From NCBI GenBank assembly GCA_965261005.1, contig OZ253375.1:2464001-2528000 (forward strand): a stretch of 64,000 bases of DNA, given 5' to 3'. The position numbers and the translations under genes are program-made. Below are positions 35,216 through 46,906 of this stretch, in pieces; the first letter of the stretch is position 1; each line of letters opens with the position of its first letter. Below the pieces are notes generated by a model. It did not search any database. It was not told the origin of the DNA and was given only the letters and a program-made list of their open reading frames with translations. The stretch comes from Deinococcus sp. Its GTDB lineage: Bacteria > Deinococcota > Deinococci > Deinococcales > Deinococcaceae.

Positions 35216-36874
35216 TTAGCGCCGTTCGCGTCCCCGGTAGCCGCGCCGCTCGCCGTCACGGCCGCCGTCGCGCCCGTAGTTGCCGCGCCGTGGGCCGGCG
35301 TTTCTGGGGCCGCGCCCCTCGCGCTCGGGCACCTCGAACAGCTCGGGCAGCTCCTCGGCGATTTCCACGCGCACCTCGCCCTCCAGCGGGCTGCGTTCCA
35401 GCAGGGCCGGCACCGCCGCCGTGGGCAGGTCCGCGACCGCGCCGCCGCGCCATTGGCGAACCTTGCCCAGCGCGCGCGAGTCGAGGTCGAGGTTGCGCGC
35501 CAAGAGAGCCACCGCGCGGGCCACGCTCAGGCGCTCGGCGTGCAGGACGACGGTGGTCATGCCTTCCTCGCCGGACAGGAGGGAGGCGTTGGTGACCGGC
35601 TGGGTCACGCCCGCGATCTTGGCGAGGGCGCGCGCCAGGGCCTCTAGGCCCAGTTCGCTGAACAGCCGGCCCGCTTCCTCCTCGAAGGGGCCGGCGGCCT
35701 CCGTTTCGACGTGGCGCACCGCGTCGGCGCTGGCCTTGGCGCTGGCCTCGCGCACCTCCTTCGGGGTCGGCACGCCGCGCTCCTCGAACTTGGCGCCGGT
35801 GGCGCGCTCCAGGTTGCGCAGCTCGCGCCCTTCGCGCTCGCCGTACAGCACGATGGCCGTGCCCGCCCGCCCGGCGCGCCCGGTGCGGCCCGAGCGGTGG
35901 ACGTAGGCCTCGGTATCGCTTGGCATGTGATACTGCACCACCAAGTCCACCTCGGGAATGTCGAGGCCGCGCGCCGCCACGTCGGTGGCAACCAGCACGC
36001 GCACCTTGCCGCTGCGAAAGGCGCCTAGGGCGCGCTCACGCTGGCTTTGCGCCAGGTCGCCGTGCAGCCCCTCGGCCTCGATGCCGCGGTGAATCAGCTC
36101 CATCGCTAGCTCGTCCGCCTCCTTTTTGGTGCGGGTGAACACGATGGCGCGCTCGGGGTTGTAGACGGTCAAGAGGTCGGCCAGCACGCGGGTGCGCACC
36201 CGGCCCACCTTGATGGCGTAGTGGGTGACGGTCTGCGACCCTTGCGGGCTGTTCTCGCCGACCAAGTCCACCCGCACCGGCTCGCGCAGGTATTGGCGCG
36301 CCAAGCGCGTCACGATGGGGGGCAGCGTCGCCGAGAACAGCATGGTCTGGCGTTCCGGCGGCGTGGCGCTCAGAATCTGCTCGATGGCGTCGGCGAAGCC
36401 CACGCTGAGCATCTCGTCGGCCTCGTCGAGGACGGCAATTCGCACCTCGTCGAGGCGCAGGTTGCCGCGCTCCAAGTGGTCGATGATGCGCCCCGGCGTC
36501 CCGACGACCACGTCCACGCCGCGCCTGAGGGCGCCTTCCTGCGGGCCGTAGGCGGCGCCGCCGTAGACGGTGACGGTCGAGAGGTGGGCGGCACTCTGCT
36601 CGAACTCGCTGGCGACCTGCTTGGCGAGTTCGCGGGTGGGGGCCAGCACGATGGCGCGCGGCGCGCGGCCACGAGTGGTGTCGGCCTCCAAGCGGGTGGC
36701 GATGGGCAGCGAAAAGGCCAGGGTCTTGCCGGTGCCGGTGCGGGCGCGGCCGACCAGGTCCTGGCCCGCCAGCGTGTGCGGCAGGCTTTCCGCCTGAATG
36801 GGTGAGGGTTCGGTAATGCCGCGCTCGGCGAGCGCCCCCGCGAGTTGAGACGCGATGAGGTCAGAAAACTGCAT
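35216..36874 (-). CDS. DEAD-box RNA helicase
   Basis: ARTGTGKT, PTRELA, DEAD, SAT, ARGLD, HRSGRTGR; R/G-rich tail. Confidence 0.96.
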   Translation of the reverse strand: MQFSDLIASQLAGALAERGITEPSPIQAESLPHTLAGQDLVGRARTGTGKTLAFSLPIATRLEADTTRGRAPRAIVLAPTRELAKQVASEFEQSAAHLSTVTVYGGAAYGPQEGALRRGVDVVVGTPGRIIDHLERGNLRLDEVRIAVLDEADEMLSVGFADAIEQILSATPPERQTMLFSATLPPIVTRLARQYLREPVRVDLVGENSPQGSQTVTHYAIKVGRVRTRVLADLLTVYNPERAIVFTRTKKEADELAMELIHRGIEAEGLHGDLAQSQRERALGAFRSGKVRVLVATDVAARGLDIPEVDLVVQYHMPSDTEAYVHRSGRTGRAGRAGTAIVLYGEREGRELRNLERATGAKFEERGVPTPKEVREASAKASADAVRHVETEAAGPFEEEAGRLFSELGLEALARALAKIAGVTQPVTNASLLSGEEGMTTVVLHAERLSVARAVALLARNLDLDSRALGKVRQWRGGAVADLPTAAVPALLERSPLEGEVRVEIAEELPELFEVPEREGRGPRNAGPRRGNYGRDGGRDGERRGYRGRERR

Positions 36875-37024
36875 GTTTTTCCCTTTCTGGGAGAGCGGCT
36901 CCCAAAAAGGGGCGGACGTTCAACCTAACCCCGCCGGGATGGCCCTCCAGTGCCTGTTGGCACGCAAGTGTTAAGTATACACGAACGGGCGGGGTGAAAC
37001 CCCGCCCGCGTGACAAAGCCAGTT

Positions 37025-37363
37025 TCAGCTGAAAACAGCCGTCTCCTCAGGCAAGTTGACCCGCGCCCAACGGTCTATCTCGTCAATCACACCCTGCAAC
37101 TCGCGCCCCGAGGCGCTCAGGGCGTAGTGGGTGCGCGGCGGCATCACCGAGGTGACGGTCTTGGAGATCAGACCGAGCTTTTCCAGATGGTCGAGGCGCT
37201 GTGCCAGGGTCGCGGGGTTGCAGCCGCCAACTGAGCGCGCCAACTCGTTGAAGCCTTTGTCGCCGGCCAGCAGCGAGCGGATAATGTGCAACACCCACTT
37301 CTCCTGCAAAACGCCGATGGCCCGGTGAACCGGGCAAAACGCGTGCTGCACTTCGGTGTTCAT
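37025..37363 (-). CDS. HxlR-family transcriptional regulator
   Basis: FCPVHRAIGVLQEKW…PPRTHYALS with an N-terminal Cys. Confidence 0.9.
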   Translation of the reverse strand: MNTEVQHAFCPVHRAIGVLQEKWVLHIIRSLLAGDKGFNELARSVGGCNPATLAQRLDHLEKLGLISKTVTSVMPPRTHYALSASGRELQGVIDEIDRWARVNLPEETAVFS

Positions 37364-37424
37364 CCATCAAGTATACGCCGCCGACAAGGCCGCGGGTGAA
37401 CAATTGGTGTGTGTCATATAGTGC

Positions 37425-37453
37425 TTGACAAAGCAAAGTGCTTAAAATAGAAT
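37425..37453 (+). promoter_or_regulatory. Sigma70-type promoter for a leaderless nitroreductase mRNA
   Basis: TTGACA-17 nt-TAGAAT with ATG 6 nt downstream; AGTGCTT direct repeat overlapping it. Confidence 0.8.
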
Positions 37454-37459
37454 ATTGGT

Positions 37460-38080
37460 ATGACCCAAACGCAGTCCAAATCCCTCTCCGTTCAGGAAGC
37501 CGCCGAGACCCGCCGCTCGATTCGTCAGTTCGTGCAGGAACCGGTGGACCAAGCTGACCTGCGCGAGATTCTGCGCCTCACCAGTCTGGCGCCCAGCGCC
37601 AGCAACGTGCAGCCTTGGCGCTTAGCGGTGATTCAGAACAAGGAATTGCAAAGTCAGCTTCAGGAGGCCGCCTTCGGCCAGAAGCAGGTCGGCAACGCCC
37701 CCGCCGTGATCGTGCTGTACTCCGACATGGAGGACGCCCTCGCCAACATTGAGCGCGTGATGCACCCCGGCATGGGCGAGGAGCAGATCGCGGCGCGCTC
37801 GGCGGGCTTTCGCAAGAACTTTCAGGACAAGTCCCTCGAAGAGCGCGCCCGCTGGGCCAACGCCCAGACCAACATCGCCCTCGGCTACCTGCTGCTCTCG
37901 GCGCGTGGTCTGGGGTACGACACCTCCCCCATGTTGGGCTTCGATCCCCAAAAGGTAAAGGAGCTGCTGAACCTGCCCCCCCACGCCGAGATCGCCGCGC
38001 TGGTCGCCCTGGGCAAGCGCGCCGAGGAAGGCTTTCCTCATCACCGCCACGCCGTGGAGCACGTCGCCACCTTTTACTGA
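37460..38080 (+). CDS. Nitroreductase family protein
   Basis: [23 protein letters not shown]. Confidence 0.92.
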   Translation: MTQTQSKSLSVQEAAETRRSIRQFVQEPVDQADLREILRLTSLAPSASNVQPWRLAVIQNKELQSQLQEAAFGQKQVGNAPAVIVLYSDMEDALANIERVMHPGMGEEQIAARSAGFRKNFQDKSLEERARWANAQTNIALGYLLLSARGLGYDTSPMLGFDPQKVKELLNLPPHAEIAALVALGKRAEEGFPHHRHAVEHVATFY

Positions 38081-38128
38081 GCGTGACTGAAGACTTGCGT
38101 GCGGGCGCGTCTGTTGGCGCGCCCTTTT

Positions 38129-38506
38129 TCATTCCGCGCAAGCCGGGCAGACGCCGTAAAGCGTGACCTCGTGGGCCTCGACCAGGTAGCCGCCAAGATA
38201 CGGTGCGCCGCGGGGTAATTCCAGCGGGCACACGTCCAAATCGAACACGCCGCCGCAACTCCGGCAAGCGAAGTGATGGTGATGGCCCAGGTCCGCGCGC
38301 TCGAAGCGCGACTCGCCGTCCAGGGTCAGGGCGCGCACCTTGCCCTCGTCTTGCAGCCGCTTGAGGACGCGGTACACCGTCGCCACGCCGAGCTGCGGCA
38401 ACTCCGTCCCGGCGCGGGCGTGTAACTCGGCCACGCTCAGCGGTCCGGGAGCCGCCGCGAGGGCGCGCTCGATCACGCCTTGCTGTCTGGTGTTTCGCCG
38501 CTCCAT
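38129..38506 (-). CDS. Fur-family transcriptional regulator
   Basis: [26 protein letters not shown]. Confidence 0.9.
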   Translation of the reverse strand: MERRNTRQQGVIERALAAAPGPLSVAELHARAGTELPQLGVATVYRVLKRLQDEGKVRALTLDGESRFERADLGHHHHFACRSCGGVFDLDVCPLELPRGAPYLGGYLVEAHEVTLYGVCPACAE

Positions 38507-38586
38507 GGGGACAGTTTATCAAGCGGAACCCAAGAGAAAAGGCGCCCCAACCTGGGACGCCCAGCCACGTTCGCTTTTCGTCCTCG

Positions 38587-39030
38587 TTACATCGGGCGCT
38601 TGGGATCGTCGCGCTGCCCTTCGCTGCCGCCGTGTGGCTGCTGCGCGCGCTGGGTCAGGTTGTCGGCGAGGCGGTCGAGTTGGGGTTTCAGGTAACGGTC
38701 TTGCAGCAGCCGCAAGCCCACGGTCGTGGCCGCCGCGACCAGGCCACCGGTCAGGCCGCCCCCGCCGCCCCCCTTGCCGGCCTTGTGCTGGGCCTTGGCA
38801 AAGGCCTTTTGCTCTTTGGCGCTGGAGTTGGCGTCCACGTAGACCCGTTTGGTGCGCTTGAAGCGGCTGCCCACCAGCACCCCCAGCAGCGCGCCCACGC
38901 CGCTGGCGCCGCCGATCATCTTGAGGGGGTCCTTTTGCATTTGGGTGTAGAGGTTGACGCGTCCCGCCAACTCGTCCACCGAGCGGCGCAGCTTTTCGCG
39001 GGCCTCGTAACGGTCGTCGCGGTCGCTCAC
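38587..39030 (-). CDS. Hypothetical membrane-anchored protein
   Basis: Overlaps the upstream gene; one hydrophobic segment. Confidence 0.6.
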   Translation of the reverse strand: MSDRDDRYEAREKLRRSVDELAGRVNLYTQMQKDPLKMIGGASGVGALLGVLVGSRFKRTKRVYVDANSSAKEQKAFAKAQHKAGKGGGGGGLTGGLVAAATTVGLRLLQDRYLKPQLDRLADNLTQRAQQPHGGSEGQRDDPKRPM

Positions 39031-39749
39031 TTGCGGTCCTCCGGCTCGGGCACGTTGGGGTCAGTCACACTAGGGTTGGGCAGTTTCGGTTCCACGGTGA
39101 TAACGCCGTCGGGCTTGGTGCTCACGGGAATGCCGTCGCTTGGCGCGTCGCGCCGGAGCGGCGCCCCGCCGGTCGTGGTCGGGGTCGCGGTGGGCGCCGG
39201 CCTGGACGTGGTGTCACCCGGGTATGGGTCGCGCGGCCCGGACGTGCTGCGGGTCGCCTCGCCGCTGCGCTGCTCGCGCAATTCCTCGCGGGCGTCGCGC
39301 AGGTTTTCTTGGGCCTGCTCGACCTTCTTCTCGTCTTGATCCTCGCGCTTCTGGGCTTGGTCGAGCTTTTTCTGGGCGCGGTTCACATCGTCCCGTGCCA
39401 CGTCCTCGGAGGTGACCGGCTCGGTCTTGACCTCGGCCGTGAGCCGCTGCACCCCGATGGCGACCAACACGCCCGCCACGATCAGGGAGACCACTGCCAC
39501 GATCAGGGCGCTGGCCCAGGCCGGCAACACCAGCAGCAGCAGATAAAACACCGTCAGAATCAAAAAGATCAGCGCGATGACGAGGGGCGTCAGGGCGGCC
39601 AGCAACAGCAGCACGCCGACGCCCTTGGCCTTGAGAATCTCGCCGATGCGGTTCGAGAGGGCCTTGATCTCGGTGCGAATCAGCACCACGGCCGCGTCGT
39701 ACACGTCAATCAGGGCGCTGCCAATGCTTCTGGGTTCGTTTGGTTGCAT
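39027..39749 (-). CDS. Holin-X/YqjE-like two-TM protein with a coiled-coil tail
   Basis: RSIGSAL…LIRTEI, two TM segments, WASALIV. Confidence 0.65.
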   Translation of the reverse strand: MQPNEPRSIGSALIDVYDAAVVLIRTEIKALSNRIGEILKAKGVGVLLLLAALTPLVIALIFLILTVFYLLLLVLPAWASALIVAVVSLIVAGVLVAIGVQRLTAEVKTEPVTSEDVARDDVNRAQKKLDQAQKREDQDEKKVEQAQENLRDAREELREQRSGEATRSTSGPRDPYPGDTTSRPAPTATPTTTGGAPLRRDAPSDGIPVSTKPDGVITVEPKLPNPSVTDPNVPEPEDRK

Positions 39750-39818
39750 GCTGCCTCTCTTTACGCTTCGTTTTTGCTTCGGACCTCGCTCCGAGTCGCA
39801 CCCAGCATAATGTTTTCC

Positions 39819-40493
39819 ATGAGAACGCGCCGTCACTCTAAAGAAGCCCTAAAACGCGCTGAAGGTGGCGCCCCGGGGGCGCTGACGCCCGCCCAGCGCA
39901 GCAATTTTCTGCTCCCCGTGGCGAGCGGCTACCATGCTTGGCGCACACGGTCGCTCAGCCTGCTCAGCGGCCAAAGCCTGCCGCTGACGCGCGAGGCGGC
40001 GCTGTTTCGTGCGCTCGCGCGTCCGGGGGCGGGCGAGCGCTGGCTGGACGTGGGCACCAGCGCCGGCTTTTACGCCGGCGTGCTGGCGGACGCGGGCGCG
40101 CGGGTGCTGGCAAGCGACATCTCGCCCCCGATGCTGGCGGTGGCGGCGCGGCGGCATTCCTCCCCGCTGATCGAACCCGCCTTGCTGAACGCCGAGTCAA
40201 GCGGTCTGCCGGCGGCCAGCTTCGACGGCGTCACGGTGGGCGCCACGCTCAACGAGACGGCGCGCCCCTTCGCGATGCTGGCGGAATGCGAGCGCCTGCT
40301 GCGCCCCGGCGGCCGGCTGTGGCTGATGTACGTCGCGCGGGACGGCTCGGCAGGGCAACGGGTCCTGGGCACCCTCGGCGGCCTGACCTTTCCGGCGCGC
40401 GCGCAGGTGGCGCGCGCCTTGCCAAGCTGTACCCTGAATGCGGCGGCCGTGTTCGCCCCGGTGGTCTTCGAGCTGTTTGTAAGAAAACCGTAA
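39819..40493 (+). CDS. Class I SAM-dependent methyltransferase
   Basis: [22 protein letters not shown]; start ATG 39819. Confidence 0.85.
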   Translation: MRTRRHSKEALKRAEGGAPGALTPAQRSNFLLPVASGYHAWRTRSLSLLSGQSLPLTREAALFRALARPGAGERWLDVGTSAGFYAGVLADAGARVLASDISPPMLAVAARRHSSPLIEPALLNAESSGLPAASFDGVTVGATLNETARPFAMLAECERLLRPGGRLWLMYVARDGSAGQRVLGTLGGLTFPARAQVARALPSCTLNAAAVFAPVVFELFVRKP

Positions 40494-40552
40494 GTTCGGC
40501 GGCGGCGGCTTTTCTAGACTCGCTGGTACACTCGCGGGAAGGAGCGTGCGGC

Positions 40553-41452
40553 GTGGACAGTTCGGCAGACACAACCTGGCTTCTTCCCAGCGCGCCGGAA
40601 CTGGCAGCGCTGGAGCACAGCCGGCAGTTGACCCGCACGCACTCCAAGACGTTCTACTTCGGGTCGCGCTTCTTCCCCATCCATCAGCGCCGCGCGGTGT
40701 GGGCGGTGTACGCCGTGTGCCGCCTCGGCGACGACATTGTGGACGAGGGGGACGTTGTCGGCGCGCCCGCTCGGTTGGACGCTTGGTGGGACGGCGTACA
40801 AGGGGCCTTTGCGGGCGACCCGCCGGCGGGGGTGCCTTACGCCGCGCTGGCCTGGGCGGTGTCGCGCTACCCGGTGCCGCTGGACGCCTTTTACGAGCTG
40901 TACTTGGGGCTGCGCATGGACTTGGAGGGCCAGCCTTACCGCGACATGGCCGACCTGGAGCTGTACTGCCGCCGGGTGGCCGGCGTGATCGGCTTCATGA
41001 TCTCGCCCATCGCGGGCTACGACGGCGGCGAGGCCACCCTAGAGCGCGCCCTCAAGCTGGGCCAGGCCATGCAGCTCACCAACATTCTGCGCGACGTGGG
41101 CGAGGACGTGGCCCGCGGCCGGGTCTATCTGCCCTCAGAGCTGCTGGCGCGCCACGGCGTCTTCGAGCGCGACGTGCGCGCCGGGCGCCTGTCCCCCGAG
41201 TACCAAGCCTTGACGCGCTACCTCAGCGGCGTCGCCCGCACTTGGTACGCCGAGGGCCGCGCCGGCATTCCCAAGCTGCACGGCCCCGCGCGCCTCGCGG
41301 TCGGGGCCGCCGCCTCGGCCTACGAGGGGATTCTGGACGTTCTGGAGGGCAACGGCTTCGACAACTTCTCGCGCCGCGCCTTTGTCAGCGGCCCACGCAA
41401 GTTGCTGATGTTGCCGGGCGTGCTGTGGAGCTTGCGGGGCGCGCCAGCTTGA
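40553..41452 (+). CDS. crtB: Phytoene synthase
   Basis: [35 protein letters not shown]. Confidence 0.93.
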   Translation: MDSSADTTWLLPSAPELAALEHSRQLTRTHSKTFYFGSRFFPIHQRRAVWAVYAVCRLGDDIVDEGDVVGAPARLDAWWDGVQGAFAGDPPAGVPYAALAWAVSRYPVPLDAFYELYLGLRMDLEGQPYRDMADLELYCRRVAGVIGFMISPIAGYDGGEATLERALKLGQAMQLTNILRDVGEDVARGRVYLPSELLARHGVFERDVRAGRLSPEYQALTRYLSGVARTWYAEGRAGIPKLHGPARLAVGAAASAYEGILDVLEGNGFDNFSRRAFVSGPRKLLMLPGVLWSLRGAPA

Positions 41453-41504
41453 GGACGGCTCATCCGTTACAGAGTTGCCCTTTTTTGCGCGGCATGCTGA
41501 GCGC

Positions 41505-43133
41505 GTGAGACGCAAAACCGCCATTATCATCGGCTCGGGCATCGGGGGGCTGGCCTTGGGCATTCGGCTGGGGAGCCTCGGCTTTGACACCACCATTGTC
41601 GAGAAGCTGAACGGTCCCGGCGGGCGGGCCTACCAATTCAAGGCGGACGGCTTCACCTTCGACATGGGGCCGACCGTGATCACCGTGCCGCACTTTATCG
41701 AGGAGCTGTTCTCGCTCTCGCGGGGCGCGGCGGCCTTGGGCGAGCCGGACTACCCGCCGCACACCCTGACCGGAAAGCGGGTGACAGAGGGCGTCAGCGG
41801 CGGGCCGCATACCAGCGAGTACGTCCAGATCGTGCCCATCTCGCCCTTTTACCGCATTTACTTCGACGACGGCAGCTTTTTCGACTACGACGGCGACCCG
41901 GAAAGCACCCGTGCCCAGATCGCGCGTCTGGCCCCCGAGGATTTGGCCGGCTACGAGCGCTTCCACGAGGACGCCCGCGCCATCTTCGAGCGCGGCTTTT
42001 TGGAACTCGGCTACACCCACTTCGGCGAGGTCAGCACCATGCTGCGGGTGGTGCCCGACCTGCTGCGGCTGGACGCGGTGCGCACGCTGTTCTCCTTTAC
42101 AAAAAAGTATTTCCAGAACCCCAAGATGCAACAGGTCTTCAGCTTCGAGACGCTGCTGGTGGGAGGCAACCCCCTCAAGGTGCCGGCCATCTACGCCATG
42201 ATTCACTTCGTCGAGAAGACCTGGGGCATTCACTACGCGATGGGCGGCACGGGCGCCCTGGTGGCGGGCCTGGTGCGCAAGTTCGAGGAGTTGGGCGGGA
42301 CCATACGCTATGGCGCGAAGGTAGAGCGCATTGACGTGGACAAAAAACGGGTGGCGCGCGGGGTCACGCTTCAAAATGGCGAGCAGCTGGCCTCCGACAT
42401 CGTGGTTTCCAACGCCGACTGGGCCAACACCTACCTCAACTTGATCGAGGGGAAGCGCCGCCGGGTCAACAGCGACGCCCGCGTGCGGCTGGCGCGGCAA
42501 TCCATGTCGCTGCTGGTGATCTACTTCGGCTTCCAATCGGACGGCCTACAGCTCGATTTGCGCCACCACAACATCATCCTGGGACCGCGCTACGAGGGGC
42601 TGCTGGGGGACATCTTCGACCGCAAATTGCTGGCGCGGGACTTCTCGCAGTACCTCCACCTGCCCACCCTGACCGACCCGAACTTGGCGCCGCCAGGGCA
42701 CCACGCGGCCTACACCCTGGTGCCGGTGCCGCACAACGGCAGCGGCCTGAACTGGGATGAGGTCGGCCCCAGCATGGTGGACAGGGTGCTGGGCTTCCTG
42801 GACGAGCGGGGGTACATTCCGGGATTGAGGGGGCGGCTGGTCTACCAAAGTTACATCACGCCCGACTACTTCGAGCACACGCTCGACAGCCACCTCGGCA
42901 ACGCCTTCGGGGTAGAGCCGATCCTGGCCCAGAGCGCCTACTTCCGCCCACACAACAAGAGTGAGGATGTGCGCAACCTCTATCTGGTCGGCGCCAGCGC
43001 GCAGCCGGGGGCGGGCACGCCCTCGGTGATGATGTCGGCCAAGATGACCGCCCGCCTGATCGCGCAGGACTTTGGCATTCACGGGAGCGTCGTGAACGGG
43101 CGACCCGGCGGGCTTGCGTCAGCGCCTGAGTAG
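41505..43133 (+). CDS. crtI: Phytoene desaturase
   Basis: [31 protein letters not shown]; follows crtB. Confidence 0.92.
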   Translation: MRRKTAIIIGSGIGGLALGIRLGSLGFDTTIVEKLNGPGGRAYQFKADGFTFDMGPTVITVPHFIEELFSLSRGAAALGEPDYPPHTLTGKRVTEGVSGGPHTSEYVQIVPISPFYRIYFDDGSFFDYDGDPESTRAQIARLAPEDLAGYERFHEDARAIFERGFLELGYTHFGEVSTMLRVVPDLLRLDAVRTLFSFTKKYFQNPKMQQVFSFETLLVGGNPLKVPAIYAMIHFVEKTWGIHYAMGGTGALVAGLVRKFEELGGTIRYGAKVERIDVDKKRVARGVTLQNGEQLASDIVVSNADWANTYLNLIEGKRRRVNSDARVRLARQSMSLLVIYFGFQSDGLQLDLRHHNIILGPRYEGLLGDIFDRKLLARDFSQYLHLPTLTDPNLAPPGHHAAYTLVPVPHNGSGLNWDEVGPSMVDRVLGFLDERGYIPGLRGRLVYQSYITPDYFEHTLDSHLGNAFGVEPILAQSAYFRPHNKSEDVRNLYLVGASAQPGAGTPSVMMSAKMTARLIAQDFGIHGSVVNGRPGGLASAPE

Positions 43134-44054
43134 CGGCAGCAGCGCGGCGCCCAGCGCGAAGGCGGCGGCCGACAAACCCAAGTTACGCGCCCGGTGCTCG
43201 GTGGGCGCGTTCGGCGGCGGCACGCTCACGATGCCGGTAGCGTCGGTCACGGCACTTTCCAAGGTGTAGCGGCCATTGCGCGGGCGGGCCAGCATGTTGA
43301 AGTGCTCCGCGAGCAGGCCCAGCTCGGCGCGCATCAGGTCGCCCCACATGGGGGTGCCGTGGCCGGTGGCGGCCAGCTCGGGGTTCAGGTCGGCGAGGCG
43401 CCGCACCGCGTCCCGCGCCGCGTCCCAGTCGGGCGTGTAGTAGGCCGGCGGGCGGCGGACCTCGGTGGGAAACTGGCTCAGGGCCGAAAAGGCCGATTCC
43501 TGCGCGGTGGTCACGAAGGCGTCCCCGGCGATCAGGCTGCGGTCCGCTTCCCGCCACAGGGAAACGTGGCCCGGCGCGTGCCCCGGCGTGGGCAGCCAGC
43601 GCCAGCCCGGCGCCCCCGGCACTTCACCGTTCTGTGGCAATGCTTGGACATTCGGCCGGAAGTCGAAGGGACCCGCCGGGAGCAGCGGCGAGGTCAGCGT
43701 CATCAGCCCCAGGCCCGCGCCGGAGTCGGGCGGCGGGTAGGCGCTCTCGCCCGTCAGGTAGGGCAGTTCCAGCGGGTGGGCATAGACCGGCACGTCCCAC
43801 TCTTCCAGCAGGGCCGCGAGGCTGCCGACGTGGTCGAAGTGACCGTGCGTCAGGATGACGGCTTCAGGAGGGCGCCCCTGCCGCTCTTCGGTAAGACGCA
43901 GGATGGTCTTTGCGAAGCCCGGAATGCCGGCGTCCACCAAAACCCACGGCCCGCCCCGCTCGCCCAGGATGTAGGCGTTCACGATCAGGAGCAGCAGCCG
44001 CGTCACGTCCGGCCGCAATTCCTGCAAACCGCCGAGGGGGGACAGCCGGCTCAT
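43119..44054 (-). CDS. Metallo-beta-lactamase-fold hydrolase
   Basis: [23 protein letters not shown]. Confidence 0.9.
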   Translation of the reverse strand: MSRLSPLGGLQELRPDVTRLLLLIVNAYILGERGGPWVLVDAGIPGFAKTILRLTEERQGRPPEAVILTHGHFDHVGSLAALLEEWDVPVYAHPLELPYLTGESAYPPPDSGAGLGLMTLTSPLLPAGPFDFRPNVQALPQNGEVPGAPGWRWLPTPGHAPGHVSLWREADRSLIAGDAFVTTAQESAFSALSQFPTEVRRPPAYYTPDWDAARDAVRRLADLNPELAATGHGTPMWGDLMRAELGLLAEHFNMLARPRNGRYTLESAVTDATGIVSVPPPNAPTEHRARNLGLSAAAFALGAALLPLLRR

Positions 44055-44175
44055 GCGAGTTTCCCTTGAAAAACATAGTGCTGTTCGGTCATGCCGTATG
44101 CTCGGCGCCCGAATGTCGGGCGTGGGTGAAAGCGTCCTCAAGACGGCTTGGCGACCGGACTGCGTGAGGGGAAGC

Positions 44176-44427
44176 TCAAGCCACCCCCGGCTCCAGCACC
44201 TCCACCGTTTTGTTGACCGGGTCAACCGCCGCCCGCGCGCCCAGCGGCAGGACCAATTGCGGGCTGGTGTGGCCGAAGTCGAGATTGGCGACCACGGGCA
44301 ACTCCTCGCGCCCGAATTCCCACAGCACTTTTTTTACCCAGACGTGCAACTCGGCGGTCATCTCGGGCGTGTAGCCGCGCGGGCGGGCCAGCAGCAGGGC
44401 GGCGAGGTTGCCCAGAATGCCCTCCAC
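44176..44427 (-). pseudogene. C-terminal fragment of an S66 peptidase (LD-carboxypeptidase/MccF-like)
   Basis: PVVANLDFGHTSPQLVLPLG; the N-terminal part is missing. Confidence 0.75.
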
Positions 44428-44428
44428 T

Positions 44429-44875
44429 TTAAGCGCTTGCCAAAGGCACGACGGCGCCGCCCAGCTCGGCCACGGCCGCCGCGTACAAGTTCTGATCGAA
44501 GGTCAAGAAGCGGACACCAAGCGGTTGCAGGGCCAAGGCTGCCGCAAGGTGAACGGCGTCATAAGCCCGCAGACCGTGCTTTTCTGCCAGCTCGCCGGCC
44601 GATTGCACGAGGTCTTCTGTGACCGATACACGTGTGAACTGACGCCAATCCCGCTCGAACCGCGCGAGAACTTCGAGGCTGCGGCGCTTACCGAGCAGTT
44701 TGCGCCGCACGCGCCCGGCGAACGTCGCGCGCATCTCGGCGTAAGCGATCAGGTGAGCGCTCAGCTCACGTGCTGCATTCACCTCAGCCAAAACGAGCGC
44801 GCGGCCTGGCTCATCGGTGTATAGCCGCGCCAGTGCGGAGGTGTCGAGATAAAGCAGCGGCCCATCCGCGCTCAA
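44429..44875 (-). CDS. VapC/PIN-domain toxin
   Basis: YLDTSAL, LRAYDAVHLAAA, FLTFD. Confidence 0.9.
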   Translation of the reverse strand: MSADGPLLYLDTSALARLYTDEPGRALVLAEVNAARELSAHLIAYAEMRATFAGRVRRKLLGKRRSLEVLARFERDWRQFTRVSVTEDLVQSAGELAEKHGLRAYDAVHLAAALALQPLGVRFLTFDQNLYAAAVAELGGAVVPLASA

Positions 44876-45258
44876 GGCTCTGGTCCCCGGTGAGCTTTCA
44901 GCAGTTCCTCGGTGGACGGCCCTTCGATCTTGACCGGATGTGCGCTGCCCTCGGGCTTGCCGGGCTTCTCCGGCCGAATCAGCAGCGCGAGCGCACGCTC
45001 TCGCGCCACGCGGGTCTGGGCGTCTTCAGTCGGTGCCCCCACCACCTCGATCAGGTCGGCGGCGGTGTAGCGCTCGCCGGTCATCTCCGTCAGCGCGTGA
45101 ACGATGGCCGCGAGGGTGGCGAACTCCACCCCCTTCACCTGTTCGTGATACAGCGCGCCGACGGTCGCAGGACGAAGCTGCGCCCTTTCGGCAAGTTGGC
45201 GCTGCGAAATGCGGTGCCGTCCCAGAATTTCGGAGAGGTGTACCTTTACAGCGTTCAT
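44872..45258 (-). CDS. Cro/C1-type HTH protein, putative antitoxin
   Basis: ISQRQLAERAQLRPATV…DLIE; coupled to the PIN gene. Confidence 0.78.
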   Translation of the reverse strand: MNAVKVHLSEILGRHRISQRQLAERAQLRPATVGALYHEQVKGVEFATLAAIVHALTEMTGERYTAADLIEVVGAPTEDAQTRVARERALALLIRPEKPGKPEGSAHPVKIEGPSTEELLKAHRGPEP

Positions 45259-45261
45259 TTC

Positions 45262-45789
45262 TCAGGTTATAGCGTTATTTGTGGGCGGTTTGATGAACAA
45301 GACCATGTGCGCCTCGTCCACGTAGCGCCCCTCCGCCTTTAGCGCCCGCCGCTCCAAACCGTAGTCCTCGAAGCCCAGCGAGCGGTAGAGGCGCTGGGCC
45401 GCCGCCTGGGTCGTAGACACGCTGAGCGAGAGTTGCTCCAGACCGTCCAGGGCGCGGGCGCGCCCGATCAGCTCTTCCAGCAAGGCCCGCCCCACCCCGC
45501 GCCCGCGCGCCGCCGCCCGCACGTACACGGCGAACACGCCACCTTTGTGCCGCTCCTTGAGGTTCGCGTGACGGACAAAGGTGGCCGCGCCGACCAGCGC
45601 GCCGTCCAAAAAGGCGCCGAGGGTGAAGGCGGCCTCGCCCGACTTCAAGCGCGCCGCGACCGCCTCCAACGGCTCCAGCCGGTATTCCTCGGCCGAGCGC
45701 CCAAAGGCGAGGGGTTCGGTTTCTAGCCCCTCCAGCCGCAGGGCGAAGTAGATGTCAGCGTCGGCCTCTTCCAGCGAGCGAATCTCCAT
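45262..45789 (-). CDS. GNAT acetyltransferase
   Basis: [18 protein letters not shown]. Confidence 0.9.
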   Translation of the reverse strand: MEIRSLEEADADIYFALRLEGLETEPLAFGRSAEEYRLEPLEAVAARLKSGEAAFTLGAFLDGALVGAATFVRHANLKERHKGGVFAVYVRAAARGRGVGRALLEELIGRARALDGLEQLSLSVSTTQAAAQRLYRSLGFEDYGLERRALKAEGRYVDEAHMVLFIKPPTNNAIT

Positions 45790-45832
45790 AGGCAACCCTA
45801 CGCAATTTCGGGACCGTGCCACAATACGCCCA

Positions 45833-46240
45833 ATGACGGAGCTTGCCCCCCCGACCACCCGCCGCCAAGTGGCCCTGATCGCGCACGACAAGAAGAAGCT
45901 GGACCTCGCGCTATTCGGCCTTCAGCACAAGGCCGTGCTGTCGCGCCACCCTCTGGTCGCGACCGGCACGACCGGCGGCATCTTGCAGGACAAGGCGGGC
46001 CTGAGGGTCGAGCGCGTGCTCTCCGGCCCGGTGGGCGGCGACCAGCAGATTGGGGCGCGCATCGCCGAGGAGCGCATTTTGGCGGTGATCTTCTTCCGCG
46101 ACCCCCTGACCGCCCAGCCGCACGAGCCGGACGTGAGCGCCCTCTTGCGCCTGTGCGACGTCCACGACGTGCCGCTGGCGACCAACCCCGCCAGTGGGGG
46201 CGCCTTGATGCTGTGGCTGGACGCGCTGGGAACCCTGTGA
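45833..46240 (+). CDS. mgsA: Methylglyoxal synthase
   Basis: [38 protein letters not shown]. Confidence 0.95.
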   Translation: MTELAPPTTRRQVALIAHDKKKLDLALFGLQHKAVLSRHPLVATGTTGGILQDKAGLRVERVLSGPVGGDQQIGARIAEERILAVIFFRDPLTAQPHEPDVSALLRLCDVHDVPLATNPASGGALMLWLDALGTL

Positions 46241-46872
46241 ACGAGAACAGCTTGTGGGACCTGAACGCCCGCGACCTGCTCGATCAGACCGCCAGCGCCG
46301 CGCCCACCCCTGGCGGCGGCTCGGTGGCGGGCGTGACGGCCGCCCTCGGCCTCGGGTTGGTCATCATGGCGCTGGAGATTAGCCAGCACCACAAGAACGC
46401 CGCGCCGCAGCTGCCGGACCTGCTCGGCCGGGCGCGCGACCTGCTGCCCCAGCTGGCCCACGACGCCGACGAGGACGCCCGCGCCTTTGAAGGGTACATG
46501 GCCGCGTTGGGGTTGCCGAGGGGGACGGAGCGGGAGAAGACAGAGCGTAAGAAAGCGCTCCAAACGGCCGCCCTGACGGCCAGCCAAGTGCCCCTCGCCG
46601 CCGCCCGCCACGTTCTCGCAGCGCTGGACCTGGCGAGCGAGGCGGCCGAGGCGAGCGCGGGGAACGTCGTCAGCGACGTGGGCGCGGGCGCGGCCCTGCT
46701 GGGGGGAGCGCTGCGGGCGGGCCTGCTGGGCGTGGACATCAACCTGGCCCACGTCGCGCCGGAGCGGCGGCCGGAACTGGAGGCGGGGCGGCAACAGCTT
46801 CAGGCGCGCGGCGAGCAGGTGGAGCGGGCGGTGCTGGCGCGGGTGGCGGAACGGCTGAGCCAATCGGCGTAG
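46237..46872 (+). CDS. Cyclodeaminase/cyclohydrolase (FTCD_C) family protein
   Basis: [24 protein letters not shown] overlap with mgsA. Confidence 0.85.
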   Translation: MNENSLWDLNARDLLDQTASAAPTPGGGSVAGVTAALGLGLVIMALEISQHHKNAAPQLPDLLGRARDLLPQLAHDADEDARAFEGYMAALGLPRGTEREKTERKKALQTAALTASQVPLAAARHVLAALDLASEAAEASAGNVVSDVGAGAALLGGALRAGLLGVDINLAHVAPERRPELEAGRQQLQARGEQVERAVLARVAERLSQSA

Positions 46873-46906
46873 GCGCCCATGGCTTTTCTCTGCCATCCTA
46901 AATCCT

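Noticed and set aside
38587..39749. Prophage lysis module (holin-like gene)
   Set aside because: No phage genes nearby; YqjE-like proteins are ordinary bacterial membrane proteins.
39309..41452. Long fused ORFs for the methyltransferase and crtB in the track
   Set aside because: Upstream extensions are open by chance; better starts are 39819 and 40553.
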